DNA of 64,000 nt from Bacteroidota bacterium (GTDB lineage Bacteria > Bacteroidota > Bacteroidia > Flavobacteriales > Weeksellaceae). The translations under genes and the position numbers were made by a program. Shown here in pieces: positions 41,405 through 49,639 of this stretch; the stretch's first letter is position 1, and every line of letters begins with the position of its first letter. The stretch lies in the NCBI GenBank assembly GCA_023399595.1, contig JAEWOR010000006.1, forward strand, positions 3,176 to 67,175. Direction: 5' to 3'. The notes below the pieces were generated by a model. That model searched no databases. It saw only the letters and a program-made list of their open reading frames with translations, and had not been told where the DNA came from.

Positions 41405-42712
41405 TTATTCTACCACTAAATCCACTCCCAATTTCTCTGCTAAAAGCGAGGAAACCTTTTGTTTCAATGGCTCTATGTCGATATTTTGCATGGCATCATG
41501 AGCAAAAGCATATAACAATAAAGCTCTAGCTTCTTTCTCAGAAATTCCACGTGCACGAAGATAAAATAAAGCTTCACTATCCAATTGTCCAACTGTGCAA
41601 CCGTGAGAACATTTTACGTCGTCTGCGAAAATTTCCAATTGCGGTTTGGTATCAATTGTTGCACCTTCGTTCAACAAAACATTGTTATTTTGCTGATAAG
41701 CATTGGTTTTTTGAGCAATTTTATCAACAAAAACTTTTCCGTTGAAAACACCATGAGATTTTCCACCAAAAATTCCTTTATAGTTTTGGTAAGACTCACA
41801 ATGCGGCGTTTTGTGATGAACTGCGGTGTGATGATCCACCAATTGTTCGTGATCAATCACCGTAATTCCGTTCATAAAAGAATTGATATTTTCTCCATTA
41901 TGAATGAAATCTAAGTTATTACGAACCAATTTCCCACCAAAAGAAAACGTATTTACCGTCGCTAAACTGTCTCTTTCTTGTTTTGCGTAAGTGCTATCAA
42001 TTAAATACGATGTATCGCTATCATTTTGAAGTTTATGCCAATCCGCTTTTGCATTTGAATATGCAAAAATTTCTGTTACTGAATTCGTGAACACAAAACT
42101 TTCATCAAAATTATGGTGACTTTCAATGATTTCTACTTTTGAACCTTCTTCAACAATTAATAAATTTCGCGTGTTGTAAAATGTATTTTCTTGTTGATTT
42201 TGAGAAAGATAAAACACATGAATTGGTCTTTCAATCACCGTATTTTTGGGAACATGAAGGAAGAATCCGAATTTGCAATACGCTTCATTCAAATCCACAA
42301 AAGGATTGTTTTCTAAAGCGATGGTATTGAAATATTTTTCGAAAACGCTCTTATGTTTTTCGTCATTCAAAGCATAATTGAAAGAAAGCATCTCTACATT
42401 TCCGATGGAAATTTTAGACAGTTCCTTATGCAATTCACCATTTACAAAAACGATGTAATCGAAATTTTCTTCCCCCAAATGCAACTCATCAATCTGTTCT
42501 TTAGTGATATGATGCTCTTTGGTCGCGAAAAAATTGTAGTTTTTTTCGGTAATTTCCTTAAGGTTGGTGTATTTATATTCTTCGTCTTTCTTCGTTGGAA
42601 AGCCAATTTCCTCAAACTTTTTCAAAGCCTGAATTCTGTTGTCATCCAAAAAACGATGACTTAGAGTTCCTAAAAAATCCGAATGATTATTTGTAATTTG
42701 TTCTAATATCAT
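41405..42712 (-). CDS. sufD: Fe-S cluster assembly protein SufD
   Basis: EEYKYT, VFNGKVFV...AQKTNAYQ, KPQLEIFADDVKCSHG, FYLRARGI. Confidence 0.95.
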   Translation of the reverse strand: MILEQITNNHSDFLGTLSHRFLDDNRIQALKKFEEIGFPTKKDEEYKYTNLKEITEKNYNFFATKEHHITKEQIDELHLGEENFDYIVFVNGELHKELSKISIGNVEMLSFNYALNDEKHKSVFEKYFNTIALENNPFVDLNEAYCKFGFFLHVPKNTVIERPIHVFYLSQNQQENTFYNTRNLLIVEEGSKVEIIESHHNFDESFVFTNSVTEIFAYSNAKADWHKLQNDSDTSYLIDSTYAKQERDSLATVNTFSFGGKLVRNNLDFIHNGENINSFMNGITVIDHEQLVDHHTAVHHKTPHCESYQNYKGIFGGKSHGVFNGKVFVDKIAQKTNAYQQNNNVLLNEGATIDTKPQLEIFADDVKCSHGCTVGQLDSEALFYLRARGISEKEARALLLYAFAHDAMQNIDIEPLKQKVSSLLAEKLGVDLVVE

Positions 42713-42713
42713 A

Positions 42714-42743
42714 TTTGAAATTTGAGGTTTGAGATTTGAAATT
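42714..42743. repeat. 7-bp tandem array (TTTGARR)x4, downstream arm of cassette 3
   Basis: TTTGAAA TTTGAGG TTTGAGA TTTGAAA TT, inverted relative to 43165-43194. Confidence 0.85.
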
Positions 42744-42762
42744 CATGATGTTAAACCTTAGT

Positions 42763-43164
42763 TTATTCACCATTATTTCTATTGAATTTATTTCCTTTAT
42801 GAGTTGAATTTTTCAGATAGTTAATAAATCCCGAAAGTTTTTTTGAAATCTCTAAACTCTCATTTTTTAGTTTTAAATAAGTTTCTTCGTCTAAATATTT
42901 TCTATCAAATGCTCTTATAAGTTGCGATCGAACTTCTCCCGCAGACCCTTTGGATATTGTTAAAAAATTAACAAATTCACGATTGCCTTCTCTTTCGAAA
43001 CCTTCAGCGATATTATCCATTATCGACGAAGAAGCTCTGTCAATTTGTGTTTTATCATACCTTTGAAATCTATCATTGAGCAAACAATTTTGATGAATAG
43101 ACTCGCAAAATTTTCTAGCATTTTGCCAAATTTCCAAATCTTCAAAATTATTTATCGTTCCCAC
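42763..43164 (-). CDS. Four-helix-bundle protein (23S rRNA IVP / Avd-like), copy 3
   Basis: FEDLEIWQ, QIDRASSSIMDNIAEGFER, FLTISKGSAGEVRSQL. GTG start at 43164; the ORF-track start lies inside the repeat array. Confidence 0.9.
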   Translation of the reverse strand: MGTINNFEDLEIWQNARKFCESIHQNCLLNDRFQRYDKTQIDRASSSIMDNIAEGFEREGNREFVNFLTISKGSAGEVRSQLIRAFDRKYLDEETYLKLKNESLEISKKLSGFINYLKNSTHKGNKFNRNNGE

Positions 43165-43194
43165 AATTTCAAATTTCAAATATCGAATCTCGAA
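43165..43194. repeat. 7-bp tandem array, upstream arm of cassette 3
   Basis: AATTTCA AATTTCA AATATCG AATCTCG AA fills the whole gap between the sufC stop and the GTG. Confidence 0.85.
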
Positions 43195-43938
43195 TTATTT
43201 CAGTAGCCAATCGTAGCCTTTATCTTCTAATTCTAAAGCCAAAGATTTGTCGCCTGTTTTAATGATTTTCCCGTCCGCTAAAACGTGTACAAAATCTGGT
43301 TGAATATAATTCAAAAGTCTTTGGTAGTGCGTAATCAAAAGAACTGCATTGCCTTCGTTTCTGAATTTATTCACGCCATCAGCAACAATTCTTAAGGCAT
43401 CGATATCCAAACCTGAATCGGTTTCGTCCAAAATAGCTAATTTGGGATTCAGCATCATCATTTGGAAAATCTCGTTTCTTTTCTTTTCACCACCCGAAAA
43501 ACCTTCGTTTAATGAACGAGAAAGGAAATCTTTTTTAATTTCCAAAAGCTCAGATTTTTCACGAATTAAAGCCAACATTTCTTTTGCAGGCATTTCTTCT
43601 AAACCATTTGCTTTACGAGTTTCATTCAAAGCTGCTTTGATGAAATTGGTCACCGAAACTCCCGGAATTTCCACTGGATATTGGAAAGACAAGAAAATTC
43701 CTTTGTGAGCTCTTTCTTCGGGAGCATCTTCGTTGATGTTTTCACCTTCGAAAAGGATTTCACCATCGGTCACTTCATAATCTTCTTTCCCTGCAATTAC
43801 AGACGAAAGTGTAGATTTACCAGCGCCGTTCGGACCCATAATAGCGTGAACTTCACCTGGTTTTATTTCTAAATTAATTCCTTTTAAAATTTCTGCGCCA
43901 TCTTCAATTTTGGCGTGGAGATTATTTATTTTTAACAT
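43195..43938 (-). CDS. sufC: Fe-S cluster assembly ATPase SufC
   Basis: [43 protein letters not shown]. Confidence 0.97.
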   Translation of the reverse strand: MLKINNLHAKIEDGAEILKGINLEIKPGEVHAIMGPNGAGKSTLSSVIAGKEDYEVTDGEILFEGENINEDAPEERAHKGIFLSFQYPVEIPGVSVTNFIKAALNETRKANGLEEMPAKEMLALIREKSELLEIKKDFLSRSLNEGFSGGEKKRNEIFQMMMLNPKLAILDETDSGLDIDALRIVADGVNKFRNEGNAVLLITHYQRLLNYIQPDFVHVLADGKIIKTGDKSLALELEDKGYDWLLK

Positions 43939-43944
43939 AATTCT

Positions 43945-44008
43945 AATGTGGTAATTTGAGAATGTGATAATGTGGTAATTTGAGAATGTGGTAATTATTG
44001 ATTTGAGA
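43945..44008. repeat. 8-bp tandem array (AATKTGRK)x6-8, downstream arm of cassette 2
   Basis: AATGTGGT AATTTGAG AATGTGAT AATGTGGT AATTTGAG AATGTGGT, then degenerate units. Confidence 0.9.
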
Positions 44009-44055
44009 TTTTAAAAAAATATCTCGCTATTTAATTACCTGATTATCTCATTATT

Positions 44056-44396
44056 CTATCTCATTTTAGATGTTATAATTATTTTATTTATAATATTTTC
44101 TATTTCTTTTAATTCTGAATTAAATCCTCACAATTGGGATAACTTTCAGAATGTTGACAAAGCAAAAGCCAATAATTAGTTTCTTCTATTTCTTTCGCAG
44201 CGATTTTAAATTTATGTATAAAATCGTTATAACTTTCAGAGTTCTGAGCTTCTCGGGCATTCGCTCCAATCGAAGTTCCAGATCTGAGAAGTTGATTGGA
44301 AATCACAAATTTCTTTTGTCCATGTAGTAATTCGCAATATTTGATAACATTTAATGAAAAATCAAAAGTCATTTTTAATATAACATTCTCTTTCAT
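44056..44396 (-). pseudogene. Four-helix-bundle protein, copy 2, frameshifted near 44120
   Basis: NQLLRSGTSIGANAREAQ..ES..DFIHKFKIAAKE.EET.YWL. The ORF stops at 44109, but the last helix (SELKEIENIINKIIITSKMR*) continues in another frame to TAG 44056. Confidence 0.78.
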
Positions 44397-44427
44397 TATC
44401 TAATTATCACATTTTCAAATTAACTAA
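44397..44427. repeat. 8-bp array, upstream arm of cassette 2
   Basis: Minus strand reads AATTTGAA AATGTGAT AATTAGAT. 44403-44422 is a 19/20 inverted match to 43952-43971. Confidence 0.8.
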
Positions 44428-45873
44428 TTATCCTACCGATCCCTCAAGTGAAATTTCTAATAATTTCTGAGCTTCGATGGCGAATTCCATTGGCAGTTTG
44501 TTTAAAACTTCTTTTGAGAATCCGTTTACGATTAATGCAATAGCTCTTTCGGTATCAATTCCTCTTTGGTTACAATAGAAAATTTGATCTTCACCAATTT
44601 TTGAAGTCGTTGCTTCGTGTTCCAATTGTGCTGAAGGATCTTTTATTTCAATATAGGGGAAAGTATGCGCTCCACAATCATTACCCATCAACAAAGAGTC
44701 ACACTGAGAGAAATTTCTCGCTCCTTTTGCAGAAGGCATCACTTTTACCAATCCCCGATAAGAATTGTTAGATTTTCCAGCAGAAATACCTTTCGAAATA
44801 ATCGTCGATTTGGTATTTTTTCCGATGTGAATCATTTTCGTTCCTGTATCGGCGTATTGGTGATTATTGGTCACCGCAATCGAATAAAATTCGCCTACAG
44901 AATTGTCACCTTTCAAAATACATGAAGGATATTTCCACGTTACTGCAGAACCGGTTTCTACTTGTGTCCAAGAGATTTTTGCATTTTTCTCGCACATTCC
45001 TCGTTTGGTTACAAAATTGAAAACACCACCTTTTCCTTCTTCATTTCCTGGATACCAGTTTTGAACCGTAGAATATTTAATTTCAGCATCATCCATTGCG
45101 ATAAGCTCTACAACGGCTGCATGAAGCTGATTTTCATCTCTTGAAGGCGCCGTGCAACCTTCCAAATACGAAACGTAAGAACCTTCATCAGCAATTAACA
45201 GTGTTCTTTCGAACTGACCAGTTCCTGCCTGATTGATACGGAAATAAGTAGAAAGTTCCATTGGACATCTCACGCCTTTTGGAATATAACAGAATGATCC
45301 ATCAGAAAATACCGCTGAATTTAAAGCTGCATAAAAATTATCACCTCTCGGAACCACTGTTCCCAAGTATTTTTTAACTAAATCTGGGTGATTTTTGATG
45401 GCTTCCGAAATGGAACAGAAAATAATTCCTTTTTCCATCAAGGTTTCTTGGAAAGTGGTTTTCACAGAAACCGAATCCATTACGATATCTACCGCAACCC
45501 CTGTTAAACGCTTCTGTTCTTCAATATTAATACCTAACTTTTCGAAAGTTTTCAAAAGTTCAGGATCCACCTCATCCAAACTTGCCAATTCTGGTTTCAC
45601 TTTTGGAGCAGCATAATAACGAATCGCCTGAAAATCTGGCTTTTCGTATTTGATATTTGCCCATGTTGGTTCTTCCATTTTTTGCCAAATTCTGAAAGAT
45701 TCCAAACGCCAATTGGTCATCCATTCTGGTTCTTCCTTCTTTTCAGAAATTGCACGAACGATATCTTCATTCAGTCCAGTAGGGAAATCTTCATAATCAA
45801 TTTTGGTTTCCCAACCGAATTCGTATTTTTTATTTTCTAGATCTACTCTTAGATCGTCTTCTGTATATTTCAT
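44428..45873 (-). CDS. sufB: Fe-S cluster assembly protein SufB
   Basis: [43 protein letters not shown]. Confidence 0.97.
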   Translation of the reverse strand: MKYTEDDLRVDLENKKYEFGWETKIDYEDFPTGLNEDIVRAISEKKEEPEWMTNWRLESFRIWQKMEEPTWANIKYEKPDFQAIRYYAAPKVKPELASLDEVDPELLKTFEKLGINIEEQKRLTGVAVDIVMDSVSVKTTFQETLMEKGIIFCSISEAIKNHPDLVKKYLGTVVPRGDNFYAALNSAVFSDGSFCYIPKGVRCPMELSTYFRINQAGTGQFERTLLIADEGSYVSYLEGCTAPSRDENQLHAAVVELIAMDDAEIKYSTVQNWYPGNEEGKGGVFNFVTKRGMCEKNAKISWTQVETGSAVTWKYPSCILKGDNSVGEFYSIAVTNNHQYADTGTKMIHIGKNTKSTIISKGISAGKSNNSYRGLVKVMPSAKGARNFSQCDSLLMGNDCGAHTFPYIEIKDPSAQLEHEATTSKIGEDQIFYCNQRGIDTERAIALIVNGFSKEVLNKLPMEFAIEAQKLLEISLEGSVG

Positions 45874-45878
45874 AGTAT

Positions 45879-45911
45879 TTAGAGATTTGGAAATTTAGAG
45901 ATTTAGAAATT
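45879..45911. repeat. 8-bp tandem array (TTRGARAT)x4, downstream arm of cassette 1
   Basis: TTAGAGAT TTGGAAAT TTAGAGAT TTAGAAAT. Confidence 0.9.
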
Positions 45912-46274
45912 CTAAATCGTTTTTTCCAAATACTTTATAAAATGGTAAATTTCTTTTGTCATCACCAAACATTCCTCATTTAAATTTTGAAATGTTTCTT
46001 CGTCAGTCTTTTCTAATTCAAATAAAACTCGAAGCATATTTCTTACTTCTGCACAATTTTCTTTTGCAATCCACAAAAAGTGGATAAATTGTTTGTTGCT
46101 TCCGTATTCAGAACCTTCAGCAATATTATTAGAAATAGATAATGTTGCTCTTTTAATTTGATCTTTAATTGAAAACTCTCTTTGCAAAGTTTCGTGATTA
46201 AGAATTTTAAAAACTTTAACAGTAAATGAAATTACTTTTTGATAAATAGGAAAACTTTCAAATGAAACCGTCAT
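45912..46274 (-). CDS. Four-helix-bundle protein (23S rRNA IVP / Avd-like), copy 1
   Basis: FESFPIYQ, KDQIKRATLSISNNIAEG, FIHFLWIAK..CAEVR. Confidence 0.88.
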   Translation of the reverse strand: MTVSFESFPIYQKVISFTVKVFKILNHETLQREFSIKDQIKRATLSISNNIAEGSEYGSNKQFIHFLWIAKENCAEVRNMLRVLFELEKTDEETFQNLNEECLVMTKEIYHFIKYLEKTI

Positions 46275-46312
46275 ATCTAATCTCTAAATTTCCAAATCTC
46301 TTAATCTCTTAT
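46275..46312. repeat. 8-bp tandem array, upstream arm of cassette 1
   Basis: AATCTCTA AATTTCCA AATCTCTT AATCTCTT. 46279-46301 is a perfect 23-bp inverted copy of 45881-45903. Confidence 0.9.
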
Positions 46313-46321
46313 CTTATATTC

Positions 46322-46651
46322 TTACAAAGAAAAACTCTCTCCGCAACCGCAAGTTCTTGCAGCATTGGGATTATTAAAAACGAAACCTTTACCGTTCAAA
46401 CCTCCAGAATACTCCAAAATGGTTCCCGCTAGATAAAGAATAGATTTTTTATCGATTATGACTTTAACGCCATTATCTTCAAAAACCTGATCGGCTTCTT
46501 CTTTTTTGTCATCAAACTTTAGGACATATTCAAGTCCAGAGCAACCTCCACTCTTAACGCCCACTCTTATATAATCGGTTTCAGGATTGAAGCCTTCCTC
46601 AGTCATTAACTGTGCCGCTTTGGCTTTTGCCTGATCTGAAACTTTAATCAT
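46322..46651 (-). CDS. sufA: A-type Fe-S carrier (HesB/IscA/SufA)
   Basis: GGCSGLEY, FNNPNAARTCGCGESF. Confidence 0.93.
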   Translation of the reverse strand: MIKVSDQAKAKAAQLMTEEGFNPETDYIRVGVKSGGCSGLEYVLKFDDKKEEADQVFEDNGVKVIIDKKSILYLAGTILEYSGGLNGKGFVFNNPNAARTCGCGESFSL

Positions 46652-46653
46652 TT

Positions 46654-46684
46654 TTATTTAGAATTAATTTATACTACAAAGTTA
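46654..46684 (-). promoter_or_regulatory. suf operon promoter (TAACTTTG, 46684-46677) with adjacent imperfect palindrome
   Basis: -7 element, then ATTTAGA-ATTAA-TTTATAC (plus strand 46656-46674) across the likely transcription start. Confidence 0.5.
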
Positions 46685-46790
46685 AGCTTTAATAGAATGA
46701 TAATCAAATTTGTTGTTTTATTTTAACTATAATTATCATTGAGTTGTTTAACTTTGATTGTATAACATAATCCAACTAACAAATTATAAA

Positions 46791-47654
46791 ATGAAAAAAG
46801 CGGGAATTGCTATCTTACTACTTATGGTGAACTTGGGATTTGCTCAGGTTAATCGATTTGTTTACCAGGCAAGTATGAAATTGGACACCCATAATAAAAA
46901 CGATATTAAAACCGAGGAAGTTTACTTAGATATCTCTCCTGAAAAAACGATGTTTTATTCTGAAAATAGAATTAAAAGAGACTCTATTATGAGAAGTCAT
47001 TTTCAAAATGGAGGGGCAAGAGGTTTTAATAGAGAACAAATGGAATCTTTAAGAAGTTATTTTTCTTACAGCATTGAAAAGGACAAAAAAAACCAAAAAA
47101 CTTTTTTCAAAGATAGAATTGGAAGGGATAATTATATGTATGAAGAGGACAGACCTTTGAATTGGGCAATTAGCTCTGAAACAACAAAAATTGGAGAGTA
47201 TAAAGTTCAAAAGGCCGATACAGATTTTGGTGGAAGAAAATGGACTGCTTGGTTCACCACTGATTTACCTTATCAAGATGGTCCTTATAAATTTGGTGGA
47301 TTACCAGGTCTTATTGTAAAAATTGAAGATTCTACAGGAGATTATTCTTTTGATTTGATGAGGAATTATAAGATTGCAGAATTTCCTGATGTAAGTTCTC
47401 GTGGAAATATCGTAAAAGTAAAACGTAAAGATTTTGAAAACCAGCAAGCAAAATTCTTGAAAGACCCTATGGAATATATGAAACAAAGTATGAACAGCGG
47501 TGGCGGTAGAAATTTTGGCGGCTCAGGCGCTCCAGCTGCACCAATGAGAGTTTCGGGCGGAAGAATGGACAATCCTGAGATGCGCAAAAGAATGGAAGAA
47601 AGGATGAAAGAAGAATTAAAAGCCAATAACAATCCAATAGAGATTAATAAGTAA
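46791..47654 (+). CDS. GLPGLI-family protein
   Basis: Signal peptide from MKKAG (46791), AWFTTDLP..DGPYKFGGLPGLI, NNPIE. Confidence 0.92.
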   Translation: MKKAGIAILLLMVNLGFAQVNRFVYQASMKLDTHNKNDIKTEEVYLDISPEKTMFYSENRIKRDSIMRSHFQNGGARGFNREQMESLRSYFSYSIEKDKKNQKTFFKDRIGRDNYMYEEDRPLNWAISSETTKIGEYKVQKADTDFGGRKWTAWFTTDLPYQDGPYKFGGLPGLIVKIEDSTGDYSFDLMRNYKIAEFPDVSSRGNIVKVKRKDFENQQAKFLKDPMEYMKQSMNSGGGRNFGGSGAPAAPMRVSGGRMDNPEMRKRMEERMKEELKANNNPIEINK

Positions 47655-47676
47655 ACCTGAAAAGATAACAATAAAG

Positions 47677-47701
47677 AAAACCTGCATAAGCTGCAGGTTT
47701 T
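47677..47701. terminator. Bidirectional intrinsic terminator
   Basis: AAAACCTGCA-TAAGC-TGCAGGTTTT. Confidence 0.75.
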
Positions 47702-47702
47702 A

Positions 47703-48158
47703 TTATTTATCTATAAATGTAGGAGCACTTTTAACTGTCTGATATTGGACATTCATTGGTTCAGCAAATATTTTGAAATCCTGTAAATTCTCAAGATAGA
47801 CTTTAGCGGAATCTTTGGTTTTATCCGTTTTAAGATTATAATTTGAAAAAAACAAAAAGGGTATTTTCACCGTGTCGGATGGTTTTAAAACTTTTCCACC
47901 AGAAATTTTGTAAACATACAAAGGAGAATCTAAAACTTTTGAAGAACTATCGATTAATTTTACTTGATTACTCAAAATAACGACTGTACTTTTTTCAAAG
48001 GCTATTTCTGGATCCAGAAAGTTTTTTTCCACTTGCTCCTTTCTTACATCAGCATAGATATCTTCTTTAAAAACGTCGGGTCTTTCATACTCTTTCTTAC
48101 AACTAAAAAAAAACAAAAATAAGCTCAGCATAGCAAGAATATTGCACCTTTTACTCAT
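47703..48158 (-). CDS. Hypothetical lipoprotein at the T6SS border
   Basis: Lipobox FFSC followed by KKE. Confidence 0.65.
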   Translation of the reverse strand: MSKRCNILAMLSLFLFFFSCKKEYERPDVFKEDIYADVRKEQVEKNFLDPEIAFEKSTVVILSNQVKLIDSSSKVLDSPLYVYKISGGKVLKPSDTVKIPFLFFSNYNLKTDKTKDSAKVYLENLQDFKIFAEPMNVQYQTVKSAPTFIDK

Positions 48159-48173
48159 ACAATAAAGTTTAAA

Positions 48174-48216
48174 TGAAAATGGGAATTTATCTCTATAGAA
48201 GAGGAAAAATTCCCAT
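48174..48216 (-). terminator. Terminator after tssC
   Basis: ATGGGAATTT...AAATTCCCAT long stem. Confidence 0.6.
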
Positions 48217-48251
48217 AAATATTAATTAAAAATGTAGAAACACTACACTAA

Positions 48252-49613
48252 TTATTCTTGCATATATTCTGCATCCCATTCATTACCATCATCGCCTTTG
48301 TGCCCATCTAATTTAATAACGAAACTTTTAGTTGGGAAGTAAGGAGTCATTCTAATATCCAACCATACACGGTCTTTATTAACTCTATCTTGCTCAAATC
48401 TTACAATTTTAAATTTTTCGATTAATTTATCTGGTCCTTTAATATCGTCTAAGAATTTTACAATTTGTTTTCTTAAATCGTCTTCGTTTTTAGCATTCCA
48501 GTTTTCAAAAGCTCTTCTGTTAAGAAAGTCTAATAAAACTTTAGTAACATAATCGAACACTCTAACTACAGAATATGTTTGAAGACCAATGTTATCACCA
48601 GTAAACAATGTTTTAGCTGAGAAAGCCATAATTTTCCCATATTCGTTTACCATAGGAACAAGTCCCATTTTTTCAAGTTGTGAAATTTCGCTCTTCTTCA
48701 AATCAAATTTTACAGAGTCAACTTCATTAATATTACCATGCTTTTTACCTGCAGCCACCTGAGACATTAATGTTTTGTAGATTTTCCCAGCCAAAGAAGT
48801 TGATGGTGGAAGATCAACGTTTTCTTCTTCTCCTACCTCTTCTGCTTTTCCTCTTCCTACAAGCCAGTTACAAGTCATAATAACATTACTTCTATGCAAT
48901 TCTCCTCCTGTAAGGTTTGCAGAGTGGAATAAATCTACAACGTCGTCTGGTTTATCTAGGTTAGCAAAATCTGTTAGCAACATTACTTTGTTCTCATTAC
49001 AAATTTTCGCCCATTTTTCGATTACTTTATTGGACCCAAGGTAACCTGGCAAAGCTAGTAATGAATAATTATCTCTAAGATCTAATCTATCATAATTTTG
49101 CTTGAATTCATCAGCAATAGAGTCTATAAATAAAGGGTTATCTAAATCTGCCATTTGCTCCAAAGTAGCATTTACAATACTTACATTGTCTACTTTATCT
49201 TGTTCTGTATTCTTGTAGAACTGAGCAATAGTGCGGTATGAAGTTTCTAGTTCACGTGTTGTATCTAAGGCGTTTTTTAGATTTTTCTTTAAATTATTCT
49301 CTGCAGAAATGGCTTTAGTTTTGCACATTTCAGACATCTTTTCGGAGTTTTCATTCTCTTCAAGTAGATTAATCCAAAGGTTTATTTTTTGTAAAAGATC
49401 TTTTCTTTCAATAGCTTTATTACCATCATTCAAAAAAATTTCTTTTCTCGCTTTTCTAGTAGGATTCATGTTGGCGATTCCATCTACAACTGATTCTACA
49501 AAGTTGAAACCTCCAACTTTATTAAGATCGTTTAATGCATTGCCTTTTTGTTGTTTAAATTCTTGCTGTTGGGTACTTTGTTGTCCTTGTACAGCCTGTT
49601 GTTTGTTATCCAT
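48252..49613 (-). CDS. tssC: T6SS-iii contractile sheath large subunit (DUF5458-like)
   Basis: YDRLDLRDNYSLL..PGYLGSNKV, CNWLVGR, GLQTYSVVRVFDYV, PYFP. Confidence 0.9.
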   Translation of the reverse strand: MDNKQQAVQGQQSTQQQEFKQQKGNALNDLNKVGGFNFVESVVDGIANMNPTRKARKEIFLNDGNKAIERKDLLQKINLWINLLEENENSEKMSEMCKTKAISAENNLKKNLKNALDTTRELETSYRTIAQFYKNTEQDKVDNVSIVNATLEQMADLDNPLFIDSIADEFKQNYDRLDLRDNYSLLALPGYLGSNKVIEKWAKICNENKVMLLTDFANLDKPDDVVDLFHSANLTGGELHRSNVIMTCNWLVGRGKAEEVGEEENVDLPPSTSLAGKIYKTLMSQVAAGKKHGNINEVDSVKFDLKKSEISQLEKMGLVPMVNEYGKIMAFSAKTLFTGDNIGLQTYSVVRVFDYVTKVLLDFLNRRAFENWNAKNEDDLRKQIVKFLDDIKGPDKLIEKFKIVRFEQDRVNKDRVWLDIRMTPYFPTKSFVIKLDGHKGDDGNEWDAEYMQE

Positions 49614-49639
49614 TCTCTCTATTTTTTTAAGGACAAAAA

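Noticed and set aside
43349..43872. Plus-strand ORFs opposite sufC (and similar ones opposite sufB, sufD, gdhA, lepA)
   Set aside because: Antisense shadows of conserved genes with no recognisable motifs.
42713..46321. Four-helix-bundle genes as a diversity-generating retroelement or rRNA intervening sequence
   Set aside because: No reverse transcriptase, no template/variable repeat pair and no rRNA sequence in the window.
42713..46321. Cassettes as classical IS elements
   Set aside because: The ORFs lack DDE, HUH or recombinase motifs, the inverted flanks are micro-tandem arrays, and I saw no target-site duplication.
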